Source: an uncultured Candidatus Saccharibacteria bacterium
Lineage (GTDB): Bacteria; Patescibacteriota; Minisyncoccia; Phycocordibacterales; UBA12079
Direction of reading: 5' to 3'
Assembly (NCBI GenBank): GCA_964608745.1
Contig: CAZSPC010000002.1
Location: 1-54,454, forward strand
Length of the DNA: 54,454 bases
Below, one piece after another: positions 27,519-36,758 of the stretch. Position 1 is the first letter of the stretch. The number at the start of each line of letters is the position of its first letter. Under the pieces are notes generated by a model, which saw only the letters and a list, made by a program, of their open reading frames with translations, did not search any database and had not been told where the DNA came from. Both the position numbers and the translations under genes were made by a program.

Positions 27519-28298
27519 ATGAGAGGGGTATTAGAATTATATAAAAAAGAAGGTGAGACGCCGTTGGAATGTATTGAACGATTTAGGGGTGAAAATCCTG
27601 AGTATAAAAACGAAAAAATGACATATGCAGGACGACTTGATCCGATGGCCGAAGGTGTTTTGTTGGTGCTTGTGGGGGATGAATGCAAAAAAAAGCAAAA
27701 ATATCTTGGTTTGGATAAGGAATACGAATTTGAAATTCTTTGGGGATTTCAAACAGATACTTATGATATTCTTGGTATCCCACAAATCTCATTCTTACAT
27801 TCTCGAGAATGTAAGAATGAGAAAATTAGTAAAAATCTATTCTCATATTCTCGAGAATATGAGAATGAATTGATTGGTGAATTAAAGAAAATCAAAGGAA
27901 AATCTATGCAAAAATATCCCCCATATTCTTCGATGACAGTAAAAGGAAAACAACTTCATCAATGGGCGAGAGAAGACAGGTTGGATGAGATTGAAATTCC
28001 GGAGAGAGAAGTTGAAATATACAACATTGAATTTTTAGGGAATAGGGAAATTAATTCAAAAAATTTATTAGAAAATATTACAGAAAGGATTGAAAAAATA
28101 TCAGGTGATTTTCGACAAGACGAAATAAAGAAAGGTTGGAAAGATTTGTTAGAAAAAAGTCAAAAAAATTTTTTGATTTCTAAATTTAAAATTAAATGTT
28201 CAAGCGGGACATATGTTAGGGAAATTGCAAGCGATTTGGGTGGCAAGTTGGGCGTAGGAGCAGTAGCTTTTTCTATCAAAAGAACAAAAATTTTTTAA
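27519..28298 (+). CDS. truB: tRNA pseudouridine(55) synthase
   Basis: YAGRLDPMAEGVLLVLVG (catalytic Asp), YEFEILWGFQTDTYD, QKYPPYSS, and CSSGTYVREI. Confidence 0.9.
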   Translation: MRGVLELYKKEGETPLECIERFRGENPEYKNEKMTYAGRLDPMAEGVLLVLVGDECKKKQKYLGLDKEYEFEILWGFQTDTYDILGIPQISFLHSRECKNEKISKNLFSYSREYENELIGELKKIKGKSMQKYPPYSSMTVKGKQLHQWAREDRLDEIEIPEREVEIYNIEFLGNREINSKNLLENITERIEKISGDFRQDEIKKGWKDLLEKSQKNFLISKFKIKCSSGTYVREIASDLGGKLGVGAVAFSIKRTKIF

Positions 28299-28432
28299 AA
28301 AAAGATTGTAAAATAGTAGGGGTCCGACCTCTACTATTATTTTGCAAAAAACAATTGACTTAACATAGCTAATTGTGATATATTGTTTTCGGAAAGTAGT
28401 ACTGGTTTAAAAAATAAAAATAGGAGAGAAAT

Positions 28433-28720
28433 ATGAAGAAAAACTGCGTTTGTGTGGAAGAAGGGCAAGAAGTTGTAGTTTCAGCTCCGGTTGAAGGAGT
28501 TCAGTATCTGCAAACTTGTATTGGGGTGGTTTCTGATGGGGGTGTGAAATTATCTCCCAATTCAGAACCAATTAAGGGATGCCCTTGTCATCCTGATGAG
28601 ACGGGATATCTCAATCAGTATGGTTGGGATAGTTTTCTTCGTAGTATGAATGTTATGGGTCGGGTTGTTTACTCTGGTCTTAAATCAAAAGATGGTAAGA
28701 TCGGTGTTGTTTCTTTTTGA
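28433..28720 (+). CDS. Small hypothetical protein, paralog A of a tandem pair
   Basis: SD ataggagagaaatATG. It shares DET-YL-QYGW...GR-VYSG...GKI..V with the next ORF. Confidence 0.65.
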   Translation: MKKNCVCVEEGQEVVVSAPVEGVQYLQTCIGVVSDGGVKLSPNSEPIKGCPCHPDETGYLNQYGWDSFLRSMNVMGRVVYSGLKSKDGKIGVVSF

Positions 28721-28755
28721 TAAATCAAAAGAATTATTTAAACAAGGGAGAAAAA

Positions 28756-29040
28756 ATGGAAAAGGGTAGATATATTGTTGTTTCTGTAAATATTCGTGGT
28801 ATTGGAAGAAAGACTTGTATTGTCAGAATGGCAGAAGGTGGAAAAGTTTTTATTTCTGAAAAAGAAACTCTGAATAACTTTACCCCCCTGCAAGATGAAA
28901 CCACCTACCTCCAAACATATGGTTGGGAACCTTTGGTTGAAAAAATGACCATGGATGGTCGAGATGTTTACTCCGGCTTCAACGGTCGGGGTGGTTCCGG
29001 AAAAATTACACGGGTAGAGCCGTGTAAAAATATAAACTAA
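28756..29040 (+). CDS. Small hypothetical protein, paralog B of a tandem pair
   Basis: SD agggagaaaaaATG. DETTYLQTYGWEPLVEKMTMDGRDVYSGF aligns with DETGYLNQYGWDSFLRSMNVMGRVVYSGL. A terminator hairpin lies at 29046-29071. Confidence 0.65.
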   Translation: MEKGRYIVVSVNIRGIGRKTCIVRMAEGGKVFISEKETLNNFTPLQDETTYLQTYGWEPLVEKMTMDGRDVYSGFNGRGGSGKITRVEPCKNIN

Positions 29041-29094
29041 AACAAAGCCTGTGCGGGTTACCGCACAGGCTTCTATTATTTTTATTCAAGTTAT

Positions 29095-29550
29095 TTAAAT
29101 TCGGTGTAATAAATTATTTCTTGTTACGAAATCAGTCAATACATCCTGCTGGGCGACAAAACGGATAATATCATCCATTGTGATAATAATAATTATTGTC
29201 AGAATCATAACAAAAATTGTTGTTATGATTTTTTGTTTGGTTTGTAGTTTCGTTTCTACCCAAAGATTATATAAAACAACAATGGCTGAAAGACTAATGG
29301 TGAATGGAATGATGAGGGTAATGACAAATATTGCTCCCCAGAACATATATGCTAATCCAAGAAGTGGAGTAGATAATCGGAATGTATAGAATAAAAATTT
29401 TATTGCAAGGATAATGTTGTCAAAGTAATAAAAAGCAGAGTATAAAAACAATAATAGATATGGAATCGTCAAAAAAGAATACCAATTGTTTGCAAAATAG
29501 AAATTGGTTAATTTTTTTCTTAAATTTTCTTTTTTTTCTTCGTCTGACAT
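29095..29550 (-). CDS. Integral membrane protein, unknown function
   Basis: 151 aa with four hydrophobic helices. Confidence 0.6.
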   Translation of the reverse strand: MSDEEKKENLRKKLTNFYFANNWYSFLTIPYLLLFLYSAFYYFDNIILAIKFLFYTFRLSTPLLGLAYMFWGAIFVITLIIPFTISLSAIVVLYNLWVETKLQTKQKIITTIFVMILTIIIIITMDDIIRFVAQQDVLTDFVTRNNLLHRI

Positions 29551-29567
29551 AATAAGTAAGGTTTTAA

Positions 29568-30041
29568 TTATTTAACTTTCAATTGAGTTTTTCTGGCCTT
29601 GTCGACTTTTGGAAGTTTAATTGTAAGAAGTCCGTGTTTTTCTTTTGCAACTGCGTGATCGATGTCTACCTCTTCCGGCAGTGTTATTGTTCGTGAAAAT
29701 GAACCCCAATACAGTTCTTTTGCGAAATAGTCATCTTGTGAAATAATATGTTTTTCTTCCCTTGTCCCAGCAACTGTAAATGTATCTCTTGTAATAGAAA
29801 TATCTAAGTCATCTGGGTGAACTCCCGCAACCATAGTTTTTACCACGATACTATCTGGGGTTTCGTAAACATCAATAGCAAGTTCACAATCTGTCGACTC
29901 TTCTTCTGGCCAACTCTGTGTTTCTTCTGCGTTTTCTATTTCGTCCACTTTTTCTTCTTTTGGTTCATCAAAGGCATCGAATGAGTCGTTTTCATCCTCT
30001 ATGTTTATAGCCCCGGTTAATTTTTCAAAAAATGATTTCAT
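29568..30041 (-). CDS. Hsp20/alpha-crystallin small heat-shock protein
   Basis: Alpha-crystallin domain: AIDVYETPDSIVVKTMVAGV...FSRTITLPEEVD...AKEKHGLLTIKLPK. Confidence 0.88.
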   Translation of the reverse strand: MKSFFEKLTGAINIEDENDSFDAFDEPKEEKVDEIENAEETQSWPEEESTDCELAIDVYETPDSIVVKTMVAGVHPDDLDISITRDTFTVAGTREEKHIISQDDYFAKELYWGSFSRTITLPEEVDIDHAVAKEKHGLLTIKLPKVDKARKTQLKVK

Positions 30042-30074
30042 ATTTCACTTACGAACGAAGTGAGTTAGTGAAAT
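30042..30074 (-). promoter_or_regulatory. 5'-UTR hairpin abutting the hsp20 start codon (candidate RNA thermometer)
   Basis: The RNA is AUUUCACU-AACUCACUUCGUUCGUA-AGUGAAAU, immediately followed by AUG. An alternative inner stem is CACUU/AAGUG. Confidence 0.45.
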
Positions 30075-30184
30075 ATGACCCAGCTGTATCTTTTATAAAA
30101 TTTATTTTATAAAAGTACGGCTGTGGTTTGTTTCCTAAATCACACGCTCTATTATTTATAATTTAAACTATTTTTTATATTTAT

Positions 30185-30308
30185 AACCCTGTTAAATACG
30201 ATTTAACTCCCTACGGTCGTTAAATCTAGCTTTCAGATTTTTGATAAGATTAAAAAAGTAAAAATTTTTTAATCTTATCAAAAATCTGAAAGGCTGATTA
30301 ACAGGGTT
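30185..30308. repeat. Nested palindrome with a 28-bp perfect inner stem and an 11-bp outer stem
   Basis: The inner stem pairs 30230-30257 with 30265-30292 (ctttcagatttttgataagattaaaaaa). The outer stem is aaccctgttaa/ttaacagggtt. Confidence 0.85.
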
Positions 30309-30334
30309 AAGAAAAATATAGTCGCTGTCGCTCC

Positions 30335-31030
30335 TTATTTTTCTAAACACCCAGGTTTCATTCTCTTAATTCCCTCAAGAATTAATAGTATTACGATCGC
30401 TGCTACCCAAACTAACACAAAAACATTTAGAATTCCGTCTTTACCAGTATTAATTATAAGAAAATTAAACAATGTGTGCAAACCAACAGCGAGGATAAAT
30501 CCAATTAGCCAAAATAACATCTTTTGCCACATTGTTTTGCAATATGCTAGGGAAATTGCTATACCGATAATACCTGATGAAACTGCGTGAAGAATTGTTG
30601 CTCCAATAAATCTAGTATTGGTTACTATGATTCCTTTCATAATTTCACCATCACTGAAAATCTGCCACAAATAAAGTGAGTTTTCCATTGCTGCAAAGCC
30701 AAGAGCAATCGTTATCATATAAATAACAGCGTCGATTGGTTCGTCCACAAATTTTTGTCTGAGAGCGGTAAAAAAGGCAAAAAAGTATTTCAAAAATTCT
30801 TCTGAACAAGCTAGCAAAATAAGTGTTGGTAAGGTGTATAAATAATGACCACTTATAAATTCTTTTTGTAGTAGAACAACAATAAGAGCTGTTAACATTC
30901 CAGCTATAAAGGTTGTGGCTATAAACCTTTTGGGTTCAGGATGAAGTCGATCTGCCCTGAGCCAAAACAAAAGCCAAATGATTGGTGGAATCATACCTCC
31001 AAAAAATGAAAGAAGTAATGGGGTTGTCAT
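30335..31030 (-). CDS. PrsW-family intramembrane protease
   Basis: Multi-pass membrane protein with the EEFLKY motif, HAVSSG and HTLFNF. Confidence 0.8.
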   Translation of the reverse strand: MTTPLLLSFFGGMIPPIIWLLFWLRADRLHPEPKRFIATTFIAGMLTALIVVLLQKEFISGHYLYTLPTLILLACSEEFLKYFFAFFTALRQKFVDEPIDAVIYMITIALGFAAMENSLYLWQIFSDGEIMKGIIVTNTRFIGATILHAVSSGIIGIAISLAYCKTMWQKMLFWLIGFILAVGLHTLFNFLIINTGKDGILNVFVLVWVAAIVILLILEGIKRMKPGCLEK

Positions 31031-31116
31031 ATTAAATTTAGTATATAGTATCCTTTATTTAGTATTAAGTGGAAAACAAAAACCCCACAACAATTTAATT
31101 GTCGTGAGGTAAGGTG

Positions 31117-31503
31117 TTAGGGGATTCTTGTACCGCTGTCTCCCTCCCATTTTACATCTGAGTAAAATTCACTTCCATTTTGTAGTAAGCCATATACAAA
31201 AACTTTGTTTCCTGGTTTTTGTAACATGCATTTCTCTAGCCAGACCATTGAAGGTGTACTTTGCTGGGTAGATTCGAAAAAAGAATAATTACCAGCATCT
31301 GTCTTTACATCTATTCTACATGATTTTTTATACCCCCCGTCTTTTTTAATGGCAACATATGTTATTGTGGCCTCAATTGGCTTGGCATTATTACGCCAAT
31401 AGATTATCGATTTGATATCATTGAAAGCACATCTACCTATTAATAAAACAATAAATCCCAAAATGAAAAATGTAATAATATGTGCAATTTTCTTATTACT
31501 CAT
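31117..31503 (-). CDS. Membrane-anchored hypothetical protein
   Basis: TM helix IAHIITFFILGFIVLLIG. The start at 31503 is preceded by ggggg, and 31515 or 31560 are also possible. Confidence 0.55.
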   Translation of the reverse strand: MSNKKIAHIITFFILGFIVLLIGRCAFNDIKSIIYWRNNAKPIEATITYVAIKKDGGYKKSCRIDVKTDAGNYSFFESTQQSTPSMVWLEKCMLQKPGNKVFVYGLLQNGSEFYSDVKWEGDSGTRIP

Positions 31504-31687
31504 GCATACCCCCATTCTTTGTATTTTGTTTTTTATTTCTAACTCTAATACTACATACACCTACTAAAAAATCAATAGATGGTGATAAAATTTTCAACGG
31601 CTCACGGGTGAGCCGTTGAAAATAGCTCAACAAAGCCATAAAAAGCTTAAACGGCTCAATGAATTGAGCCGTTTAAATTTTATGTTT

Positions 31688-34003
31688 TTATTGAGTTGGC
31701 CAGTTTTCAATCATAAGCAATCCCTTTTCTTTCTTAGGAAAGTCTTTCCAAATCTCTTCTGTAATAAAAGGCATAAATGGATGAAGTGTTTTTAGGACAT
31801 TTTCGAATATTTTCAAAAGCATATATTGTTTATTAGCTTTATCTTCTGGTGTTGTTTTATCAAATAAAGCATCTTTGGATTTTTCGATAATATCATCTGC
31901 CAATTTATGCCAAACATAATGATAAAGTTTTTCTGACGTCAGATATAATTTATATTCTTTCATTTCTTCTGTTATTTCTTCAATATGGAGGGTGTGGTCT
32001 TTCAAGACTGTTGTTTCGTAACTACTTAAATTACTTGTATCGAAACCATCATAATCAAACCCATCCACATTTGAATAAATAAATCGAGCAATATTCCAAA
32101 TTTTATTAGCAAATTTTTTGTAAGCTCTAGTTTTATCTTCGTCGAATTTTATGTCTTGTCCAGGAGCAACAGCAACTAAAAGAGCCATTCGTAATGCATC
32201 AGTTCCATATTTATCAATCATATCAATTGGGTCGATTGCATTACCAAGAGATTTTGAAAACTTTCTATTTTGTTTGTCTCGAATAAGTCCATGGATATAA
32301 ACAGTTTTGAATGGAATTTCACCAACTAAATAAGTAGACATCAAAATCATTCTTGCTACCCAGAAAAAAAGAATATCGTGAGCAGTTTCAAGTAGGTCTG
32401 TTGGGTGGAAATTTTTCAAATCAGGAGTTGGGGAGTATGTTTGAAAACTTGCTTCCGAGGATATTTTTTCAAATTTTGTTTGAAGCGAAGTAAAAAACTT
32501 TGAGGAATATGGAAATATTTTGATAAGTTTTTTGCAAGCTTGCAGACAAAATTTGAGAAAATAGAGCCGGAATGAAGTTTTTGAACATGCTCCGGGCCAG
32601 CCAAGAGTAGAAAAAGTCCACAACCCAGATGAGAACCAAGTATCGAGCGTGTCAGGATCTCTTTCCCAACCATCCTCTTTAGGTGCTTCAATTCCAACAT
32701 AAATTTCTCCGTCTTTGTGCCAAGCTGGCATTTGATGACCATACCAAATTTGCCTTGAAATACACCAATCATGAAGGTTTTCGATCCAGTGATAGTAAGT
32801 TTTATTAAATCGATCGGGAAGAATTTCAACTTCACTCGATTCAACAGCGTTTCGCATCAAGTCTTTTAGACTCATTCCATTATGACTATCTAATTTTTTG
32901 TTTACATCAATAAACCATTGTAGTTTTGGTAAAGGCTCAATAATTGCTCCGGTTCTTTCGGCGGTAGAAATTGATTGTTCAATTTCTTCTTCTTTTTCCA
33001 TTAAATTATTTTCTTTCAACCAGTCAACAATAATTTCTCGAGCTTCCAGAACTTTTTTTCCTTTCAACTTTTCACCGCAGTTTTCCATTTTAGCGTATTC
33101 ATTGATAACTTGTTTCATCGGTAAGTCATTGTTGATTGCCATTTGTTCGTCAACTTTTGAATGAGCAGGTGTTACTCCCAAGGCACCCGTTCCAAATTCT
33201 GGGTCTACTTCACGGTCGGCAATGATTTTTATAGAAAGTTGTGCCCCGCAAAAATCTTTAACCTCAAATGTTTGTCCAACAAATTCTTTATATCTTTCGT
33301 CATCCGGATTAACAGCAACAGCCGTATCGCCAACTTTTGTTTCAGGTCTTGTGGTGGAAATTGTTATCGGGAAATCTTTTGAATATTTAAAGGTATAAAA
33401 TATCGCTTTCCTGTCTTCGTGAACTACTTCGTCATCTGAAATAACAGTTTGTCCTTTTGGATCCCAGTTGATTACTTTGTCTTTGCGATAAATCAGTCCA
33501 TCCTCATACATTTTTTTAAATGCAGTTTTGACGGCAAAATTTCTTTCATCATCTAGTGTGAAAGCCATTCGCGACCAATCCAAAGAAGATCCCATCCTTT
33601 TCGTTTGAGAGATAATGGTTGCTTGCGAGTCCATTGCGAATTCGTTCACTTTTTCCAAGAATTTTTCTCTACCTAAATCGTGTTTTCTGATCTTCTTTTT
33701 AGCGAGAAGTTTTTCTACTTTTGTTTGGGTGGCGATGGCGGCGTGGTCGGTACCGGGTAGCCAAAGAGTTTTTTTACCAAGCATTCGCTGAAAACGAACA
33801 ACGGTATCTTGAATAGCCAGCATATCAGCGTGCCCCAGATGAAGTTTACCGGTTACATTAGGCGGAGGAAGAACAATAGAAAATGTTTCTTTTCTATCAC
33901 CGGGTAGATTATCAGGATTAAAATATCCTGAATCATTCCATTCTTTATATATATTTTCCTCAACTTCTTGGGGGTTGTAGGGTTTGGTGTACTTATTGTT
34001 CAT
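31688..34003 (-). CDS. valS: Valine--tRNA ligase with an in-frame insertion of about 56 aa
   Basis: PPPNVTGKLHLGHA (HIGH), the CP1 editing region, DTWFSSGLWTFSTLGWP, FHPTDLLETAHDILFFWVARM and KFSKSLGN (KMSKS). Confidence 0.95.
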   Translation of the reverse strand: MNNKYTKPYNPQEVEENIYKEWNDSGYFNPDNLPGDRKETFSIVLPPPNVTGKLHLGHADMLAIQDTVVRFQRMLGKKTLWLPGTDHAAIATQTKVEKLLAKKKIRKHDLGREKFLEKVNEFAMDSQATIISQTKRMGSSLDWSRMAFTLDDERNFAVKTAFKKMYEDGLIYRKDKVINWDPKGQTVISDDEVVHEDRKAIFYTFKYSKDFPITISTTRPETKVGDTAVAVNPDDERYKEFVGQTFEVKDFCGAQLSIKIIADREVDPEFGTGALGVTPAHSKVDEQMAINNDLPMKQVINEYAKMENCGEKLKGKKVLEAREIIVDWLKENNLMEKEEEIEQSISTAERTGAIIEPLPKLQWFIDVNKKLDSHNGMSLKDLMRNAVESSEVEILPDRFNKTYYHWIENLHDWCISRQIWYGHQMPAWHKDGEIYVGIEAPKEDGWERDPDTLDTWFSSGLWTFSTLGWPGACSKTSFRLYFLKFCLQACKKLIKIFPYSSKFFTSLQTKFEKISSEASFQTYSPTPDLKNFHPTDLLETAHDILFFWVARMILMSTYLVGEIPFKTVYIHGLIRDKQNRKFSKSLGNAIDPIDMIDKYGTDALRMALLVAVAPGQDIKFDEDKTRAYKKFANKIWNIARFIYSNVDGFDYDGFDTSNLSSYETTVLKDHTLHIEEITEEMKEYKLYLTSEKLYHYVWHKLADDIIEKSKDALFDKTTPEDKANKQYMLLKIFENVLKTLHPFMPFITEEIWKDFPKKEKGLLMIENWPTQ

Positions 34004-34166
34004 AAAAAGATTTAGGATTTATGATTTAAGAATATTAACAATATCAAGCATATCATTTACTAGAAATCAAAAAAAGTGTTGACATTTTCGGTGTTTTACT
34101 ATAATCTAAAATATAGAAAAAATGTTTTCGTAGTATTTTTTAAAAATGATACAAAAGGAGAGAAAA

Positions 34167-34412
34167 ATGCAAACATTAACAGATCATGCCCACTCAATAA
34201 TCCATCATGTAGAGCCTGGTAGGGCAAAAGACTTTTGCAGGGTTGGTAAGTTTGGTGGTTCGTTTGGGGTGGATGTTTTCTTTTTAGAAAAGAGACATGT
34301 GCTTATAACCGAAAGAGCAGAAAAAATACTGAAACAAGCCGAAAAAATCAGAAAAATAGCTATCGACAATGGTTGTAAAGATGTCTTAGATGTTCTCGAA
34401 GAGAGGGTTTAA
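34167..34412 (+). CDS. Small hypothetical protein
   Basis: Promoter TTGACA (34079)-N15-TATAAT (34100) and SD aaaggagagaaaaATG. Confidence 0.6.
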   Translation: MQTLTDHAHSIIHHVEPGRAKDFCRVGKFGGSFGVDVFFLEKRHVLITERAEKILKQAEKIRKIAIDNGCKDVLDVLEERV

Positions 34413-34453
34413 AATAGTTTTTTGTCTCAATTTATAGAAAAAAGGAGAGAAAA

Positions 34454-34789
34454 ATGACTGAAAAAGAAGAAAGGTCAGGGGATAATAAGATTAAATTTTT
34501 TCGTCACTGGTATACTGTATTTCCGCAGTTTGATGATATTGAGTTTCTGGAAACATGCTTGGTGCATGTGTATGCAAACACTGAGATTAGGGCGCAGGTT
34601 GAAGTTTCCCCTATTCAGGCTCTGGGTGTTATTTCAAAAGCATTTGATTCAAAAGTTTTTGAAAATGCTAATGGTTGTTGGGAAGGAGATTGCCCAAACA
34701 CTGCTAATTGTCCTGTTTGGGGAAAACTTTCTAAAATTTTACGAGATGAAATTCTGTTCATAAAGTTGGTGCAAGAAAGTTTAAAATAA
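34454..34789 (+). CDS. Small Cys-containing hypothetical protein
   Basis: The SD string aaaggagagaaaaATG is identical to that of the preceding gene. It contains CWEGDCPNTANCPVW. A terminator lies at 34829-34857. Confidence 0.6.
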   Translation: MTEKEERSGDNKIKFFRHWYTVFPQFDDIEFLETCLVHVYANTEIRAQVEVSPIQALGVISKAFDSKVFENANGCWEGDCPNTANCPVWGKLSKILRDEILFIKLVQESLK

Positions 34790-34923
34790 TTTTTTATCCC
34801 AACTGTCAGATTTTTTAAGTGTTCTCTAAAAAACCGTTCTATATTGGGCGGTTTTTTTGTTTTGAAAAAATATTGAGAGGTGTTATTATTTAAGTATAAA
34901 TTTCTGGATTGCCACGCATTAAA

Positions 34924-35883
34924 ATGCTCGCAATGATGAATAGTATGATAAAAACTCATATCAAAAATTTTTTTGAAAAAATGGATCGTTATCGGATGGC
35001 GGTTGATTTTTTGATTTTGTTGTTGATGATTTCGGTTGTGTTCATTTTTTGGTTTGGGTTTGTGACTATAAAGAATCTTAAATTGGTCAATGTTAATTTG
35101 GGGCAAAAATTAAGTCAGCTAGAAAATAAAATGGCTTCAACAACAGTTGAAATTCAGGAAGATATTGCCAAGACCGAAACATCTTTGACACAAGCTTTGA
35201 GTGAGGAGGCCAAAAACAGACAACAACAGCTTTCAGGCGTGCAGTCGGAAGTCGGAAATATTACAGGAACGGTAACCACTTTGGAAAAATTAAGTAAAAC
35301 CGATCCCGAGCTTCTTCAAAAATATTCAAAAGTTTTCTTTTTGAATGAACATTTTGCTCCAGCTAAGCTTGTTGAGATTCCTGAGGAATATAAATATTAT
35401 GAAAGTCGTACATATCAACTTCATGATAAAGTTTGGCCTTATTTAAGTACTATGATGAATTCGGCAAAAGCCGGTGGAGTGGAGCTGTATGTATATTCTG
35501 CTTATCGTTCTTATAACACCCAAGAAGCTTTGAAGGGGCAGTATACAGTAACCTATGGCGCAGGGACAGCCAATCAGTTTTCAGCTGATCAGGGATATTC
35601 TGAACATCAACTAGGAACTACTGTTGATCTTATTACGACTGGAATTGGTGGAACCTTGGAAGGTTTTAAAGGTACCTCTGCTTACGGCTGGCTGAAGCAA
35701 AATGCACACAAATTTGGATTTACTCTTTCTTATCCTGAACAAAATGGATATTATATTTTTGAACCGTGGCATTGGCGGTTTGTTGGGGTAGAGTTGGCAA
35801 CTTATTTAAAAAATACCGGACAAAGTTTCTACGATATGGATCAACGAGATATAGATGAATATCTTGTTAATATTTTTGACTAA
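34924..35883 (+). CDS. M15-family (VanY-like) D-Ala-D-Ala carboxypeptidase, membrane anchored
   Basis: SAYRSYNTQ, SEHQLGTTVDL and EPWHWRFVG give zinc-ligand H..D...H-type motifs. The start is uncertain (TTG 34909, ATG 34924 or later). Confidence 0.8.
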   Translation: MLAMMNSMIKTHIKNFFEKMDRYRMAVDFLILLLMISVVFIFWFGFVTIKNLKLVNVNLGQKLSQLENKMASTTVEIQEDIAKTETSLTQALSEEAKNRQQQLSGVQSEVGNITGTVTTLEKLSKTDPELLQKYSKVFFLNEHFAPAKLVEIPEEYKYYESRTYQLHDKVWPYLSTMMNSAKAGGVELYVYSAYRSYNTQEALKGQYTVTYGAGTANQFSADQGYSEHQLGTTVDLITTGIGGTLEGFKGTSAYGWLKQNAHKFGFTLSYPEQNGYYIFEPWHWRFVGVELATYLKNTGQSFYDMDQRDIDEYLVNIFD

Positions 35884-35892
35884 GAAAAACGA

Positions 35893-36399
35893 ATGAAAAT
35901 AGATTTCAAAATAAAAAAGAGTAAAGGCTTCACATTACTAGAACTTTTGATAGTTATTGCTATTATTGGTATTTTGTCTTCAATTGTAGTGAGTTCGATG
36001 AATAATGCGCGAGAAAAAGGACAAATTTCAAAAGTTGAACAAGAATTACAGAGTATAAAAACAGCAATGGAAATGATGCAGATTGATACAGATGAATGGC
36101 CAGGACACCAAACTCCTTTCGAAATAAATACAGGATCAGATAACGAAATAGAAAATATAACTGGGTCGACTGCTGGATTGGCAGGAACAGATGGCGTTTA
36201 TCCTAATTGGCAAGGGCCGTATATTATTCAGGACATTGTCGATCCTTGGGGGAATTATTACTTTTTTGACACGGATTATGATTTGAACAGAGGTGTTGGT
36301 CCGGTAGTTAATGGTGCAGTAATTGGTTCCTATGGACCAAACGGAGTAGGGAATAATGTTTATGATTCGGATGATATAATCAAAGTCTTAGCGCAATAA
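35893..36399 (+). CDS. Type IV pilin / GspG-like pseudopilin
   Basis: Prepilin motif KGFTLLELLIVIAIIGIL, plus DPWGNYYFFD. Confidence 0.8.
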   Translation: MKIDFKIKKSKGFTLLELLIVIAIIGILSSIVVSSMNNAREKGQISKVEQELQSIKTAMEMMQIDTDEWPGHQTPFEINTGSDNEIENITGSTAGLAGTDGVYPNWQGPYIIQDIVDPWGNYYFFDTDYDLNRGVGPVVNGAVIGSYGPNGVGNNVYDSDDIIKVLAQ

Positions 36400-36477
36400 T
36401 AATTTTGTTGACAATAATTTTTTCTTTGTTAACATTATAAATGAATAAGGTTTACAATAGTTAACTTATTAACTTTT

Positions 36478-36756
36478 ATGAAAAAAAATAATCAAAAAAA
36501 ATATTTTTCTATCCCTGAATTAGCTGAAATTCTTGGGATTAGTCGAACTGCTGTATTTAATAAAGTGAAAAAAGGCCAAATTCCTGCTGATAGGGTTGGT
36601 CGGTCTTATGCTATTTCATCAGATTATGTCACAGATATGCTCAATGGAATTGAAGCGAAGGAATTAAGTATTTTAAAGAAAAAAGAAATTGAAAAAATGG
36701 TCAAGAAAATAGTAGAAGAATATGGAGAAACACTTAAACTTTTAGGCAGAGAGTAA
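36478..36756 (+). CDS. Excisionase-type HTH protein, putative antitoxin
   Basis: FSIPELAEILGISRTAVFNKVKKGQIPADRVG. Its stop is 2 nt before the Doc gene. Confidence 0.65.
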   Translation: MKKNNQKKYFSIPELAEILGISRTAVFNKVKKGQIPADRVGRSYAISSDYVTDMLNGIEAKELSILKKKEIEKMVKKIVEEYGETLKLLGRE

Positions 36757-36758
36757 TT

